Positions 19,974 through 31,900 of a stretch of DNA of 64,000 bases are shown piece after piece; within the stretch, counting starts at the first letter, position 1; the number at the start of each line of letters is the position of its first letter. The DNA comes from an uncultured Planctomycetota bacterium (GTDB taxonomy: Bacteria > Planctomycetota > Planctomycetia > Isosphaerales > Isosphaeraceae). A program made the translations under genes and the position numbers. The DNA lies in the NCBI GenBank assembly GCA_963823665.1, contig CAWGMQ010000008.1, positions 1,824,001 through 1,888,000 on the forward strand, given 5' to 3'. The notes under the pieces are model-generated. The model ran no database searches and was not told the DNA's origin. It saw only the letters and a program-made list of their open reading frames with translations.

Positions 19974-20891
19974 TCAGGGGACCGATCGATCGTGATCGTA
20001 ATCGAGTGCGATGTCGAGTGCGGGAGCGGAATGGGTGAGTGCTCCGACGCTGATGCGATCGACACCGGTCTCGGCCAGGGCGCGCACGGCATGGAGGTTG
20101 ACACCACCGGAGGCCTCGAGCTTGATCTGCGGGGCGGCGGCATCACGACGCCGGACGGCCTCGGCGAGCTGGTCGGGCCCAAGGTTGTCGATCAGGATGA
20201 GATCGGGAGAGCACTCGAGCGCGCGATCGAACTGTTCGAGGGAATCGACTTCGATTTCGATGGTGGTGCCGGGGGGGGTGAAAGTAAGGGCGGACGTGAT
20301 CGCGGTTGCGACCGGATCACGGCCGGAAGCTTGGGCGGCTTCCTTGATCCAAGCCAGATGATTGTCCTTGATAAGAACCGCGTCGTAGAGGCCGAATCGG
20401 TGATTGGATCCGCCGCCGCAGCGGACTGCGTATTTTTCGAGGAAACGCCAGCCCGGGGTTGTCTTGCGCGTGTCGAAGATGGCCGCGTGGGTGCCGTGGA
20501 CTTCCGCGACGTAGCGCGCGGTCAAAGAGGCGATTCCGCTCAATCGCTGGAGGAAATTGAGTGCGGTACGCTCCATGGCGAGCAGCGAGCGCATGGGACC
20601 GGCGAGGCGCCCGATCAGGCTACCAGTTTCGAGGCGGTCGCCATCGGCCATTCGCGGTGTCCAGATCGGATTCGGCTCGAACTTCCTGGAGAGCATCTCG
20701 ACGGCGGGCAGCCCGGCGAGCACGCCAGGGGATCGGGCGACGAGCCGGGCGGCTCCTCGGGCACTCGCGGGAATTGTCGCCAGGGACGTTATATCGCCTC
20801 GCTCGAGGAGATCTTCCTCGAGCGCAGCGCTGATCAAGAACTCAAGGTTTTGCCGCTCGCGCTCGCCGAACGAGTGACGCAAATCGCTCAC
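19974..20891 (-). CDS. nadC: Nicotinate-nucleotide diphosphorylase (carboxylating)
   Basis: ERTALNFLQRLSGIA, DTRKTTPG, HRFGLYDAVLIKDNH, EIEVD, EASGG, ISVGALTHS. Confidence 0.97.
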   Translation of the reverse strand: MSDLRHSFGERERQNLEFLISAALEEDLLERGDITSLATIPASARGAARLVARSPGVLAGLPAVEMLSRKFEPNPIWTPRMADGDRLETGSLIGRLAGPMRSLLAMERTALNFLQRLSGIASLTARYVAEVHGTHAAIFDTRKTTPGWRFLEKYAVRCGGGSNHRFGLYDAVLIKDNHLAWIKEAAQASGRDPVATAITSALTFTPPGTTIEIEVDSLEQFDRALECSPDLILIDNLGPDQLAEAVRRRDAAAPQIKLEASGGVNLHAVRALAETGVDRISVGALTHSAPALDIALDYDHDRSVP

Positions 20892-20951
20892 GAGGCGCCC
20901 TCCTCCCTCAAACGCACAGCACCGGAAAAGGCCAGCGTGTGCGAGTCGTGG

Positions 20952-22321
20952 TCAGGGGGCTGTTTTCGCATTCGGACCCGATCTGGTTTTTTTGTAGTAG
21001 ACCGGCGACTGCGGCGTGGTCGATTTTTCGTCCGAGTCGTAAAATTCGACGGGAACGTCGACGCGGGCGGGCACGCTATGGCCCTGGGAGAGGCTGACCG
21101 CGGTGGAGATCGCTTTACGCACGACCCGATTCGGGGAGTACGCGGCGACGGCGGCGAAATCGGCGATCCTGATCATATCCGTGTAGTTTCCGTCTGATGG
21201 AAACGCAGCCTGGACGTAGAGACGATCCGGAATCAACTGAGCCATCACCTGCCGGGCAGCGGTCGTGCTCAGCCCGTCGGTCGCGAAGACCAGGACGGGC
21301 TTGGGATTCGTGGTGAGTTTCTGTTTCAGCAGTTTTGCGCCGGCCTCGGCTGATTTCGAGAAGCTGATTTCTTCGACGCTGGTGATTCCAGCGTCCTTGA
21401 GGCGCTCCGGATGGCCGTGATTCGCTCGAGGGCGAAGAGATCGCCGAATTGATTGACCAGAAGCACTGCGCCGCCTTTGGGATCGAGCCGCGCGTTCGTG
21501 GCGTTGCGGATCGCCGAAGCCACGAGCTGACGGGCGGACGGCGCGAACGACGGCGGAGCGACCAGAACGAGACTGCCAAAACCGGCAGACTCAGGGGTGC
21601 CGGATGGGCCTGGTCGCGCCGCGGCTGCAGGCGCGGTGGATTCCTTCAGGGCGGCACCGGTTGCTTTCGCGGCATCGGCATTTGAAGCTGTCGTGGCGAG
21701 CGGCCGGTTGAGCAGGACCACGGGGATTCCATCCGCTCGAGCTTTCCGGATGACTTCGGCCATGCGGGTGTCGGAGGGGTCAGCGGGCTCGACGATCAGC
21801 GCCAGCGGATGGCGCGCGAGCGCCTCGCGGACGAATTCGACCTGTTGTGAAGGCGGGTCGGCATCGCCCAAGACTTTGGGTCTGAGCCGGATCTTATCGA
21901 GCCCCGCCTGCGTGCGAGCAGCGGTCAGGACGATATCGATCTCACTGGGATCGCGGTGGTCCAGGATCATTTCGACCGAACGAGCGCCGGAGGCGGAGCC
22001 GTCGAGTGCCTCCGGGGCGGGCACGTCGATCGAATCTTCGGACGCGGAACCGCGGAGACCGTCGGGCGGCGGCGGGAGGAATGTGCTATTTGAATCGCAG
22101 CCGATCGAGACGAAGGCGGCGGAAACGGCCAACACGGCTCGTGCGAGAACGACGAACAGCCTGGGCAACGGGGATTGGCGTGGCTTGTACGCACTCGAGG
22201 GGAGCCGGAAATACCCGAACATGGGATTCTCTCTTTCTGCAGATTCAGCGAGACGCTCGTGGACGGTCGGCAAAAAAGATACCGATGATGGCGTTACCAG
22301 GAGATGCTCGCGGATTGACAC
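20952..22321 (-). CDS. Periplasmic sugar-binding-like lipoprotein; frameshift near 21401; start uncertain
   Basis: Lipobox-like VSIGC; ALIVEPAD...KARADGIPVVLLNR (type I periplasmic binding fold); one missing C joins ORF 21326..22321 to the frame of 20952..21248 (AIRSALKDAGI...VFATDG). Confidence 0.7.
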
Positions 22322-22401
22322 TTCGAGTTGATTCTACTGCGAAACCGGGTGGGATGGCCACCGAATTGAGGGACGGGGACGAAGCGAACCGGGGGATGCC
22401 G

Positions 22402-24456
22402 CTACTGTTTTCGGCGGGCGGTGCGGGCCTTGGCGCGGCCGCGTTTGCTCTGGGCCTGGGGGCTTGCCGCGGGAAGTGGCGGGCCGCCCGAGCCGGCGGA
22501 GCGGAGCTCGAGGATCTTGTCGCGCAGGGCGGCGGCCCGCTCGAATTCGAGCTTTTCCGCGGCCTCGAGCATTTCGGCTTCCAAGGCGCTCAGATATTCC
22601 TCGGTGTTGTCGGTGGTTTCGTCGCGGCCGACGGCGCGTCGAGCGATGCTTCGTGCCTGTATTTCTTCCTCGATTCCGCGGCGAATGGCTTTCTTGATCG
22701 TTTCGGGGGTGATTCCGTGCTCAGCATTGTACTTGAGCTGGAGCAATCGCCGCCGCTGGGTCTCGTCGATCGCACGCTGCATGGAATTCGTGACCTTATC
22801 GGCGTATAGAACGACTTCTGCATTGACGTGGCGGGCGGAGCGGCCGATGGTCTGGATCAGCGACGTGTCGCTGCGCAGGAAGCCCTCCTTGTCGGCGTCC
22901 AAGATGCAGACCATCGAGACCTCGGGGAGGTCGAGGCCCTCGCGGAGGAGGTTTACGCCCACCAGGGTATCGAAGGCACCTTCGCGCAGCTCGCGAAGGA
23001 TTGTCACTCGCTCGAAGGCGTCGAGCTCGGAGTGCAGCCATTTGCAGCGAATCCCCTGTTCCTTCAAGTAACGTGAGAGATCTTCGGCCAGCCGTTTGGT
23101 GAGCGTGGTGATCAGCACACGCTCGCCGCGGGCGGCCCGCGCCTTGACCTCCTGGACCAAGGCGGGAACCTGGCCGCGGGCCGGCTCCACGCGTACAACC
23201 GGGTCGACCAGACCGGTGGGGCGGATGACCTGTTCGACGACCTCGCCGCCGGAGACGGCGACTTCGTACTCGCTGGGGGTCGCCGAAACGAAGAGCCGCC
23301 TGTGGAATTTGCGCTCCCACTCGTCGAAGCGCAAGGGGCGGTTGTCGATTGCGCTGGGGAGACGGAAGCCGTGCTCGACCAGCGTGCTCTTGCGGCTGAA
23401 ATCGCCGGCGAACATTCCGCGAATCTGAGGCACCGAGACGTGCGACTCATCGAGGATGAGCAGGCTGTCCTGGGGAAAAAAGTCGAGCAGCGTGGTGGGA
23501 GTCTCACCTGGCGCGCGGCCCGCCAGATGGCGCGAATAATTCTCGATACCCGAGCAGTAGCCGACTTCCATGAGCATTTCCATGTCGTAGCGCGTGCGTG
23601 CGGCGAGCCGCTGAGCTTCGAGGAGCTTCCCCTGTTCCTTGAGCACCTGGAGCCTTTCTTCGAGCTCGGCGGCGATGCTCTCGACGGCGCCTTTGATCCG
23701 TTCCTCGGGCAAGACGAAGTGCTTCGCCGGATAGACGTACATTTCCTGGTGAGTTTCGAGCACGCTGCCGGAAAGCGGGTCGATGATCCCGAGACGCTCG
23801 ACCTCGTCACCGAAGAGCTCGATCCGGTAGGCGATTTCGTCGTAAGCAGGCCAGAGCTCAATCACATCGCCGCGGACGCGGAATTTACCGCGCTCGAACG
23901 AGACGTCGTTGCGGTCATACTGGATGTCGACGAATTTGAGAAGGACCTCGTCGCGGTCGATCATGTCGCCGACCTGGAGGCGCACCATCATCTTGCGGTA
24001 ATCATCGGGTGAACCCAAGCCGTAGATGCACGAAACGCTGGCCACCACCACGACGTCTTCGCGGCTGACGAGCGCGCTTGTGCATGCCAGCCTGAGGCGC
24101 TCGATCTCGTCGTTGACCGCGGCGTCCTTCTCGATGTAAATGTCGCGCTGGGGGATGTATGCCTCGGGCTGATAGTAGTCGTAATAGCTGACGAAGTAGC
24201 GAACGGCATTGCGAGGGAAGAAATCCTTGAATTCCGCGTAAAGCTGGGCGGCCAGCGTCTTGTTGTGCGACATCACGAGCGCGGGCTGCCCGTATTGTGC
24301 GATCACATTGGCCATCGTGTACGTCTTGCCGGAGCCGGTGACGCCCATGAGTGTTTGATTCGACTGGCCCAGACGCAATCCCTCGACCAGGCGCTCGATC
24401 GCCTGCGGTTGATCGCCGGCGGGCTGAAACGGACTGACAAGCTCGAATGCAGGCAT
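22402..24456 (-). CDS. uvrB: Excinuclease ABC subunit B
   Basis: [37 protein letters not shown]-terminal UVR domain [11 protein letters not shown]. Confidence 0.99.
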   Translation of the reverse strand: MPAFELVSPFQPAGDQPQAIERLVEGLRLGQSNQTLMGVTGSGKTYTMANVIAQYGQPALVMSHNKTLAAQLYAEFKDFFPRNAVRYFVSYYDYYQPEAYIPQRDIYIEKDAAVNDEIERLRLACTSALVSREDVVVVASVSCIYGLGSPDDYRKMMVRLQVGDMIDRDEVLLKFVDIQYDRNDVSFERGKFRVRGDVIELWPAYDEIAYRIELFGDEVERLGIIDPLSGSVLETHQEMYVYPAKHFVLPEERIKGAVESIAAELEERLQVLKEQGKLLEAQRLAARTRYDMEMLMEVGYCSGIENYSRHLAGRAPGETPTTLLDFFPQDSLLILDESHVSVPQIRGMFAGDFSRKSTLVEHGFRLPSAIDNRPLRFDEWERKFHRRLFVSATPSEYEVAVSGGEVVEQVIRPTGLVDPVVRVEPARGQVPALVQEVKARAARGERVLITTLTKRLAEDLSRYLKEQGIRCKWLHSELDAFERVTILRELREGAFDTLVGVNLLREGLDLPEVSMVCILDADKEGFLRSDTSLIQTIGRSARHVNAEVVLYADKVTNSMQRAIDETQRRRLLQLKYNAEHGITPETIKKAIRRGIEEEIQARSIARRAVGRDETTDNTEEYLSALEAEMLEAAEKLEFERAAALRDKILELRSAGSGGPPLPAASPQAQSKRGRAKARTARRKQ

Positions 24457-24656
24457 GAATCGTCCTATCGAATCGCGAGAAGCGGGGATCCGGTCGAATC
24501 TTATTATTCTCGACGACCGTGAAAGAGGCTAGGGGGGCCGGGCTGAGGGGTCTTGGGAGCGGGGACCCCTTGAGAGCCGCGTCTGGGGGAGCTAAGTTGC
24601 ATTCAGGCCTTTGCCGAAACACCAAGTCAACTGGTCAAGAACCAAGGAGATCTGAC

Positions 24657-25217
24657 ATGCCGATCAAGAAATGCGTTGCCGCAGTGGCGACTGGCGCGGC
24701 TCTTTGCTTTATTGTGCTGGGGCTTCGCAGCCTGGACGCGGCACAGCATGACGACACCAAGGCGGAAGGGGACATCACCAAAGCGGTCGCCCAATTGCAT
24801 TCTGCATCGGGCAGCGAGGTTACAGGCACGGTGACCTTCACCAAATCGGCTTCGGGAATTCATGTGCACGCCGAAATCAGCGGGTTGAAACCTGGCGAGC
24901 ACGGCTTCCACGTCCATGAATTTGGCGTGTGGTCGAAGGACGGCATGTCGTCAGGGTCGCATTTCAACCCCGGCAAGGCGCCGCATGGCAGCATTGACAG
25001 CAAGAAACGCCATGTCGGTGATCTTGGCAATATCACGGCGAACTCCAACGGGAACGCGACGCTGGACGTGGATGACTCGCACTTGAGCTTCCACGGTGCT
25101 CACTCGATCATTGGCCGGGGCGTGGTTGTCCATGAAAAGGTCGACGACTTCTCGCAGCCGGTAGGCAATGCCGGTGCGCGGCTGGCCGTTGGCGTGGTGG
25201 GGATCGCCAAGCCTTGA
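24657..25217 (+). CDS. sodC: Cu/Zn superoxide dismutase, exported
   Basis: AAGGAG RBS, signal peptide, HGFHVHE, GSHFNP, RHVGDLGN, GRGVVVH, GNAGARLA. Confidence 0.95.
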   Translation: MPIKKCVAAVATGAALCFIVLGLRSLDAAQHDDTKAEGDITKAVAQLHSASGSEVTGTVTFTKSASGIHVHAEISGLKPGEHGFHVHEFGVWSKDGMSSGSHFNPGKAPHGSIDSKKRHVGDLGNITANSNGNATLDVDDSHLSFHGAHSIIGRGVVVHEKVDDFSQPVGNAGARLAVGVVGIAKP

Positions 25218-25291
25218 AAAGATGACGCGATTGCGGCGAGTGAATCAGGCGACTTCGTAGGTTGCAGTTGGTCGCTTTGATCACTCGCCGT

Positions 25292-26887
25292 TCACGATGC
25301 GCCCGAGGCGCGCTCGATATCCGACAGGACGTCGGCGACGGTTTCAAAGCCCGGCAAGAGGACGATCCGTTTCTCGGAATTGAGCCATTTATTTACTTTT
25401 CTTTCGGCGGCGATGACCGTCGTGTGATTGCGCCCACCGAAGTAACGACCGATCTCGCTGTAGGCTGCGCGTGTGTGCTTACGGCAGAGGTACATGGCGA
25501 TCATCCGCGGGTAGGCCAATGCCTGGGCTCGGCCCTCCGCTTTGAGCGCTTCGGCTTTCACCTGGAAGAGATTGCACACCACTCGCTCGACGTCGCGCAC
25601 GCCGATGGACACGGTCGTGTGGCGAATCGAATCCCGCAGGGCGGACTGGGCGAGGGTCAGGTCAAGGCGCCGGCCGGTGAGAGCGGCCTGAGTGATCACG
25701 GTGTGGAGGGCCCCTTCGAGCTCGCGAACGCTGGCCCGGAGGTGCTCGGCGATGTAAGCGACCACCGCCTCGGGCACTTCAACGCCGTGTGCGGATGCTT
25801 TCGCCTGGAGTATGGCCTGGCGCGTCATCAAATCTGGAGACTCGATCCGGACTACCATGCCGGCCAGGAAACGCGTCACCAGCTCATCGGTCAGGCGCGA
25901 AATCTGGCGCGGGTGTTGATCGGCCGAGAGGATAATCGGTGCTCCCTTGTCGTACAGAGCATTGAAGGTGTAGAGGAATTCGACCATTGTGGCTCGTTTG
26001 GCCGCGAGGAATTGAATGTCGTCGACGATCAATCCGCCGGCGCCGCGGAACCGGGTGCGGAAACCACTCAGGGTTCCGGAGCGCATCGACTCAAGAAAGC
26101 CATTGGTGAATGCCTCGGCGCTCATCTGAACGATCTGCAATCTCGGGTGCAGTTGCCTCAGGCTGAGGTTGATTCCTTCGAGCAGATGGCTTTTCCCCAG
26201 GCCGATTGCGCTGTGGATCATGAGCGGATTAAACGTTTGTCCAGCGATTCGCGACATTTCAGCGGCGGCGGCATGTGCCATGCGGTTGCCCGGCCCCGTG
26301 ACGAAATCTTCGAGCCGACGAAGCGGCCGGCGAGACAAGCCCGGTAGGATCAAGCCGGCGGGGGCAGCACTGGATTCACCTCGCCTGGGTTGGTGGATTT
26401 CGGAGCGGTTGAGCGGTTGATTTCGCACGGCGGCTAGACCGTTCGATGCGGCGGGCAGCGGCACCGGGTAAGTGGGTTCAACGGGCAGCGGAAGTGGAGT
26501 TTTCGCGAGCAGGCTTGGACACTTGCCGGTTTCCGGAGGACTCGATGGCGGCGCTGGCACATCGGCCGGGTGCTGGTCGCACACCCCAGCGACCTCGATC
26601 GAGACGCGGAGCCGCTGGCCGATGACGGCCTCGACGGCATCGAGCAGGCTGGGGGTATAGTGGCGCTCGATCCAATCGCGGAAGAACGAATCGGGAACCC
26701 GAACGATCAAGGAGTCGCCTTCGCGGTTGAGCCCGAGCCGGACGTTGCCGCCGAACCAGAGTGCGAATCGTGTGGCACCCACGCGGTCGGAAACAGCCAA
26801 CCGTAGCGCTTCCTCAAGTCTTGCCGGAGTGTGAGCGCCGGCGTCCGGACCGATTTGATCCCGGCCCTCTGTCGAGTGCACCGCCAT
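25292..26887 (-). CDS. dnaA: Chromosomal replication initiator DnaA (probably one of two paralogues)
   Basis: FVTGPGNRMA, FNPLMIH...GLGKSHL, DDIQF, VRELEGAL, domain IV PRMIAMYL...EIGRYFGGRNHTTV. Confidence 0.93.
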   Translation of the reverse strand: MAVHSTEGRDQIGPDAGAHTPARLEEALRLAVSDRVGATRFALWFGGNVRLGLNREGDSLIVRVPDSFFRDWIERHYTPSLLDAVEAVIGQRLRVSIEVAGVCDQHPADVPAPPSSPPETGKCPSLLAKTPLPLPVEPTYPVPLPAASNGLAAVRNQPLNRSEIHQPRRGESSAAPAGLILPGLSRRPLRRLEDFVTGPGNRMAHAAAAEMSRIAGQTFNPLMIHSAIGLGKSHLLEGINLSLRQLHPRLQIVQMSAEAFTNGFLESMRSGTLSGFRTRFRGAGGLIVDDIQFLAAKRATMVEFLYTFNALYDKGAPIILSADQHPRQISRLTDELVTRFLAGMVVRIESPDLMTRQAILQAKASAHGVEVPEAVVAYIAEHLRASVRELEGALHTVITQAALTGRRLDLTLAQSALRDSIRHTTVSIGVRDVERVVCNLFQVKAEALKAEGRAQALAYPRMIAMYLCRKHTRAAYSEIGRYFGGRNHTTVIAAERKVNKWLNSEKRIVLLPGFETVADVLSDIERASGAS

Positions 26888-27173
26888 GCTGCGTTACCTT
26901 GGGGAGCCACAAAGCTCGGCGCGATTAACCAGCCTCAGGCTTATGCGCTCTGGCAGCAGGGTTGTCAAAGAAAGCAGGGCGCTATCTCGGAAAATAGTCT
27001 GAGCAATAAGCAAGCCTTAGCGGATCTATCGGCGAGGGCAAGCGAGCATCGTTGCTTCGGAATGCTTCGAAAATGTTGAGGGGAGTGATTGAGCGCCGCG
27101 GAGAGCCACCCGTGAGATGAGAAGCGCGAGGCGGTCGATCAGCAAATTTTGGGAATCTGCGCGATCGATCGAT

Positions 27174-27773
27174 TCAATCGGCGAGCCAGATTCTCCGGAT
27201 CACAGCTAGCTTGCGCTCGACCGAGCGCAAGCCGCGACCTAGGCGGCGGGCGATCTCGTCGTTGCTCTCCCCCTCGAGCTTCCAGATTGCGATGCGGCGA
27301 AGGTCGTGGTCGCGAAGGCGGTCGAGCCTGCGCCGGCAGTCCTCGTCCTGAAGCAATGCGGTGTCCGGAGCGGGCTCACGGTCGACGGCCTGGGCGAGGG
27401 CGTCGTGTCCGTGCTGGTCGACAGCCGGGCAATCGCGACCGCCGCCGCGTTTGCGGCGCCGATTGTGGCGCAGTTGATCGACGGCTTTCTGACCGGCGAT
27501 GGCCGCAAGCAAGCGCCAGAGGTCATTCCTGCTGGCGAATTGCGGGAACCGGCCGGCGGTAGCGCCTCGCCACAGGCAGTGGAAGGCGCTCAGGGCGACG
27601 TCTTCCTCGTCGCTGACTGTGCGCGGGGCACTGCCCAGGCGCTTGCGAGAGAAACGAACCAGGCTGGCGGAGAATCGGCTCCAGATGGTGTCAGCCGCGT
27701 TTTGATCGCCAGCCTTCAACAATCGAAATGCTAGCGTGACTGAACCCGTTCGGGTGTCATTGTTTGTGTTCAT
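27174..27773 (-). CDS. ECF-type RNA polymerase sigma factor
   Basis: GSVT...LKAGDQNAA, DEEDVALSAF, LWRLL..I...KA, C-terminal HTH KLEGESNDEIARRLGRGLRSVERKL. Confidence 0.9.
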   Translation of the reverse strand: MNTNNDTRTGSVTLAFRLLKAGDQNAADTIWSRFSASLVRFSRKRLGSAPRTVSDEEDVALSAFHCLWRGATAGRFPQFASRNDLWRLLAAIAGQKAVDQLRHNRRRKRGGGRDCPAVDQHGHDALAQAVDREPAPDTALLQDEDCRRRLDRLRDHDLRRIAIWKLEGESNDEIARRLGRGLRSVERKLAVIRRIWLAD

Positions 27774-28069
27774 TGGAGGCTCCGACGCCGCGGTGGGTGC
27801 GCGGCTCAGCACGGTGCGGGTTTCCGATCCGCGTTAAAGTTCTCATCGCTCGCGACAGCGCGAACCTTAATCGATCTTTCGCTCGCTCGGCCCCGGTCGG
27901 GGCCGAAAGCCAGCAGGCGAGGCGGCGACGCTTGGCCGCTCGCTGCTGCTGGCTGGGACGGGCTGTGTCGTCCGGCGGAAGGGTGCGCGGCAGGCGTCTT
28001 TGCCGGTCGCATCGGGCTGGCGACGTGGATCGGCCGGGTGGCCGATTCCGCACGGCGTTGCCCCGCGTG

Positions 28070-28824
28070 TCATTTCGCCAAACCGGTGGGATGTGACACG
28101 CCGTAAACGAATTTGGCGGTGGGGAGGGGATCGCCGCCGATGATGATCTTGGCGGTAGGACGGGGATTGGTAGGAAGCGGGTCGCCGTCGTTGGTGGCCG
28201 TTGCTTTGGCCGAGGAGTCCGGGTCGCCTTGTTGAATCGCATCCGCGACGAACACGCCCGTAGGCCGCGGTTCACTGCTCAGGACGGCCTTGGCTGTGGG
28301 CAGCGGATTGGTCGGCAGCGGGTCGCCAGCCAGGACGGCCTTGGCTGTGGGCAGCGGATTGGTCGGCAGCGGGTCGCCTTCGTGGGTTGCATTCACGAAC
28401 AATATGCCAGTAGGCCGGGGGTCGCCGCTCAGGATGGCCTTGGCTGTGGGCAGCGGATTGGTCGGCAGCGGGTCACCAGCCAGGACGGCCTTGGCTGTGG
28501 GCAGCGGATTGGTCGGCAGCGGGTCGCCTTCGTGGGTTGCATTCACGAACAATATGCCAGTAGGCCGGGGGTCGCCGCTCAGGATGGCCTTGGCTGTGGG
28601 CAGCGGATTGGTCGGCAGCGGGTCACCAGCCAGGACGGCCTTGGCGGTTGGGAGCGGGTCGCCGGCAAAGATGCCGGTGAATTCGACCTGGGCAACAGGA
28701 CGGGTGCCGGCGGGTCGACCGCGACCGCGATAGGGGCCATTGCGACAGAGGGAATCGTGCTCATCACGACCTTGGTTTCGCACTGTTCGAGCACGACGGT
28801 GCGACGGCGGCGGTTGGCGTTCAT
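28070..28824 (-). CDS. GDPLPT-repeat protein of ~250 aa with planctomycete-type N-terminal leader; frameshift near 28700
   Basis: AAGGAG RBS then MNANRRRRTVVLEQCETKVVMS (ORF 28579..28824); repeat body in frame 28070..28924 has ten GDP[LR]PT units. Confidence 0.7.
28261..28645. repeat. 150-bp tandem repeat (~2.5 copies) containing 51-bp sub-repeats
   Basis: taggcc anchor recurs at 28261, 28411 and 28561; the units are near-identical. Confidence 0.92.
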
Positions 28825-28863
28825 GACGACTTTTCTCCTTGGATTGGTTGAGGGTTCTCGATG

Positions 28864-28893
28864 CGCCCCGAACGGTCGGGGCGTCGTGTTTTT
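28864..28893. terminator. GC hairpin between the kinase and repeat-protein genes
   Basis: cgccccga-acgg-tcggggcg, followed on the + strand by gtgtttttcc. Confidence 0.4.
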
Positions 28894-28927
28894 CCGCGAG
28901 TGACGTCCGCGGAATACCCTTCAACCG

Positions 28928-31900
28928 TCAACGAGCTGGGCGAGCCGCCATGCCGGATGAGCGATCTTCCTGCCGGGAGCCGGATGGTGCTTCTGGGGGT
29001 GCTGGGTGTGGTGCTTGCTGGCGCTCTCCGGGTGAGCGTGAATCCCAGATGCGGACGGTCCAGTCTCCAGAGCCGGAGACGAGCATGGTTCCATCAGGGC
29101 TGAACGCGACGGCGTGCACGTAAGCGGAATGGCCACGGAGCTCGATGACCTCGTCGGATGTTTCCGTGTCCCAGAGGCGGACAATGTTGTCGATGCAGCC
29201 GGTGGCCAGCCGGGAGCCTTGGGGGTCGAACGCGGCGCAGAAGACAACGCCCGGGTGTTTGAGTACGGCGATGCTCGAGAAGGACCTGGCATCCCAGAGC
29301 CTGGCCGTCGAGTCGAACGACGCGGACGCGAGCTTGCTGCCGTCGGCGCTCCAGGCAACGCGGACGACGGATTTTGCGTGGCCGTGTAATTCCGCGGCTA
29401 CGGTGCGCAGGGGGACGTCCCAGATCCGGATAGATCCGTCGGAGTAGCCACAAACCAAGCGGGAACCGTCGGGACTGAACGCCACGTCATTGGCGCCGGC
29501 GCCCGGCCCGACGAGGTCGAAAGGGGGTGATCCTCCCGAGGTCGTGAAGAGCTGCACCGATCCGTCCTGACCGCCGGTCGATGCCGCCAGATTGCCGTAG
29601 GGGGCGAAGGCGACCCGGTGTTCGACGAGTGGTCCGCCGGCCATTGGAGCGCTTGTGCTGCTCTGCCCGGTGGCGAGGTCCCAGATGCGGATGCGCCGGT
29701 CGCGGGCGACCGAAGCGAGTCGCCGGCCGTCGGGATGGAACGCGATCGCGTGCACAATCTCGACGGGGTGGTGGTTCAGGACCTGAAGGGCGTGGTTGGT
29801 CTGCGGGTCCCAGAGCCGCACGGCGCCGTCCCATCCGGCGGAAGCGACCTGGCGGCCCGACGGACTGAACGCGACGTCGTAGACGAAGCTGGCATGTCGA
29901 CCCAGCACGCCCGCGCTTTTCACGCGATCAAGATTCCAGATGTGAACCGATCCGCTCGAGCCGATGGTGCCCAGGAGCGAGCCATCGGGCCTGGAGAGTG
30001 CGAAATTCTGCAAGTCGGTTTCGCCGAGGAAAACTCCGACGAATTCGCGGGCGTGCGTGTCCCAGAGCCGAAGTGTGCCATCGAGAGAAGCAGAGACGAG
30101 ATGACGGCCGTCGGGATGAAAGGAAGCACCCGTGACGGTGGCTGCATGGCCTTGCAGTCTGGATATCGATTGGCCGGTCGCGCCGTCCCAGAGCCGCACG
30201 GTCTGGTCGAAGGATGTCGAGACGATCCTGCGGCCATCGGGGCTGAATTCGACGCCGCAGACGATATTCGTATGCCCGTCCATCGTGGCGAGGAGCCGGC
30301 CGGTGGCGGTTTCCCAGAGCCAGACGCGATTCTGAGGGTAATCAGTTCCGGCAGCGAGCCGAGCGCCATCGCGACTGAATGCCAGGGCGAACACTGCGGC
30401 GTTGCCGAAGCTCAGCGGAGGGCGCTCAACACCGGAGTCGACATCCCAGAGCCGAACCCGATGGCGGCCGCCGAACGCGAGTCGCTTCCCGTCCGGACTG
30501 AACGTCACGACATCCGATTCGTTCGCGCCCCGCAGTGTGCTTTGCAACGTGCGGTGGGCCAGGTTCCAGACTTGCACATCGGGGCTCGTGGATCGGATCG
30601 CCAGGCGCGACGCGTCAGCGCTTGAGTACATCTTGACGACAGGCCGGGCGTGGTCGCGGAGAACGGCGATCGGCTGGCCGGTCGTTCCGTCCCAGAGCCG
30701 TAAGGTTGCGTCGGCCGATGACGATGCGACACGGCTGCCGTCCTTGCTCCACGCGATGGACTGGACTTCGGCCTCGTGGCCGACCAAAGTGGCAACCTCG
30801 CGGCCGGGGATGACGTCACGGAGGTGAAGAACCGAATCGCCCCCGGCGGCGTAGAGCACGCGGGTACAGTCGGGACTGATGAGGACCACGGCGGGGGGAG
30901 CATGGGGCGGTTTGAAGGCAGCCAGGGAGTTGTCGAGCTGACCGGTCAGATACCGCCACTCCCAGTTGCGTAATTCGCCTGGGCTGGCCTCGAGCAGGCG
31001 GCGGGCGGTTTCGGTCTGGTTCAACTGCAATGCGGCGGCGGCGGCGGTGATATCGGCCCGATAGCGAGCCCGGCGCTCGGCATTGCCGCTGCGGCGGGCG
31101 AGGACATTCGCGCGTTCAGCCGCCAGCCAGAGCGTGGTGAGGCCCGCAAGCGCGAACGCCGTGACGAGAGCCAGAGACGCGGCCAACGCGGCAAGACCAG
31201 GCTGGCGGCGAGCCCACTTGAGCAAGCGCTCCCAAACGCGGGGCGGCCGCGCGTGGATGGGTTCGCGCGCGAGGAAGCGACGGAGGTCTTCGCCCAGCGC
31301 CGAAGCAGTGCGATAGCGGTGTGCGGGGTCTTTCTCGATCGATTTGAGCACGATGGTGTCAAGGTCGCGAGGGATGCGGCGGTTGATGCGGCGCGGTGCG
31401 ACCGGCGGGTCGGACGCCGAGACACGGAGGACGGCTGCCGGGCTCTCGGCCCGGAACGGGGTCCGACCCGTCAAGAGCTGATAGAGGATCACGCCGAGCG
31501 CGTAAATATCGACCGCGGGGCCGACCTTTCGCGAGTCTCCGGCGGCTTGCTCGGGAGCCATGTACTCGGGCGTACCGACGACGAATCCGGTCCTGGTGGA
31601 GACCGGATTGATCGCGGAGGCTGCGTGCGAGGCCGAAGTCGGTGATCTTGGGGGTAATTCCGGCGAGGGGGCTGGCCGTCCCGGGCGGCTTTTCGCGAGA
31701 GGGTTCGGCTTGATCGCCGGTCTGCATGAGGATATTCGCGGGCTTGAGATCGCGGTGGATGACTCCCTGGCGGTGTGCGGCGTCGATGGCCAGGGCGAGC
31801 GTTCCAACCAGGTGCGCCACCTGATCCGGGGGCCAGGGGGTGCCGTCGAGCCGGTCGGCGAGCGTGCCGCCGTCGACCCACTCCATCGAGAGATAGGGAC

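Noticed and set aside
26888..27173. oriC next to dnaA
   Set aside because: No DnaA-box cluster or AT-rich unwinding element seen, and dnaN is absent.
28261..28645. Possible CRISPR array
   Set aside because: Periods of 51 and 150 bp are multiples of three, the spacers are repeated rather than unique, and the region encodes a peptide repeat.
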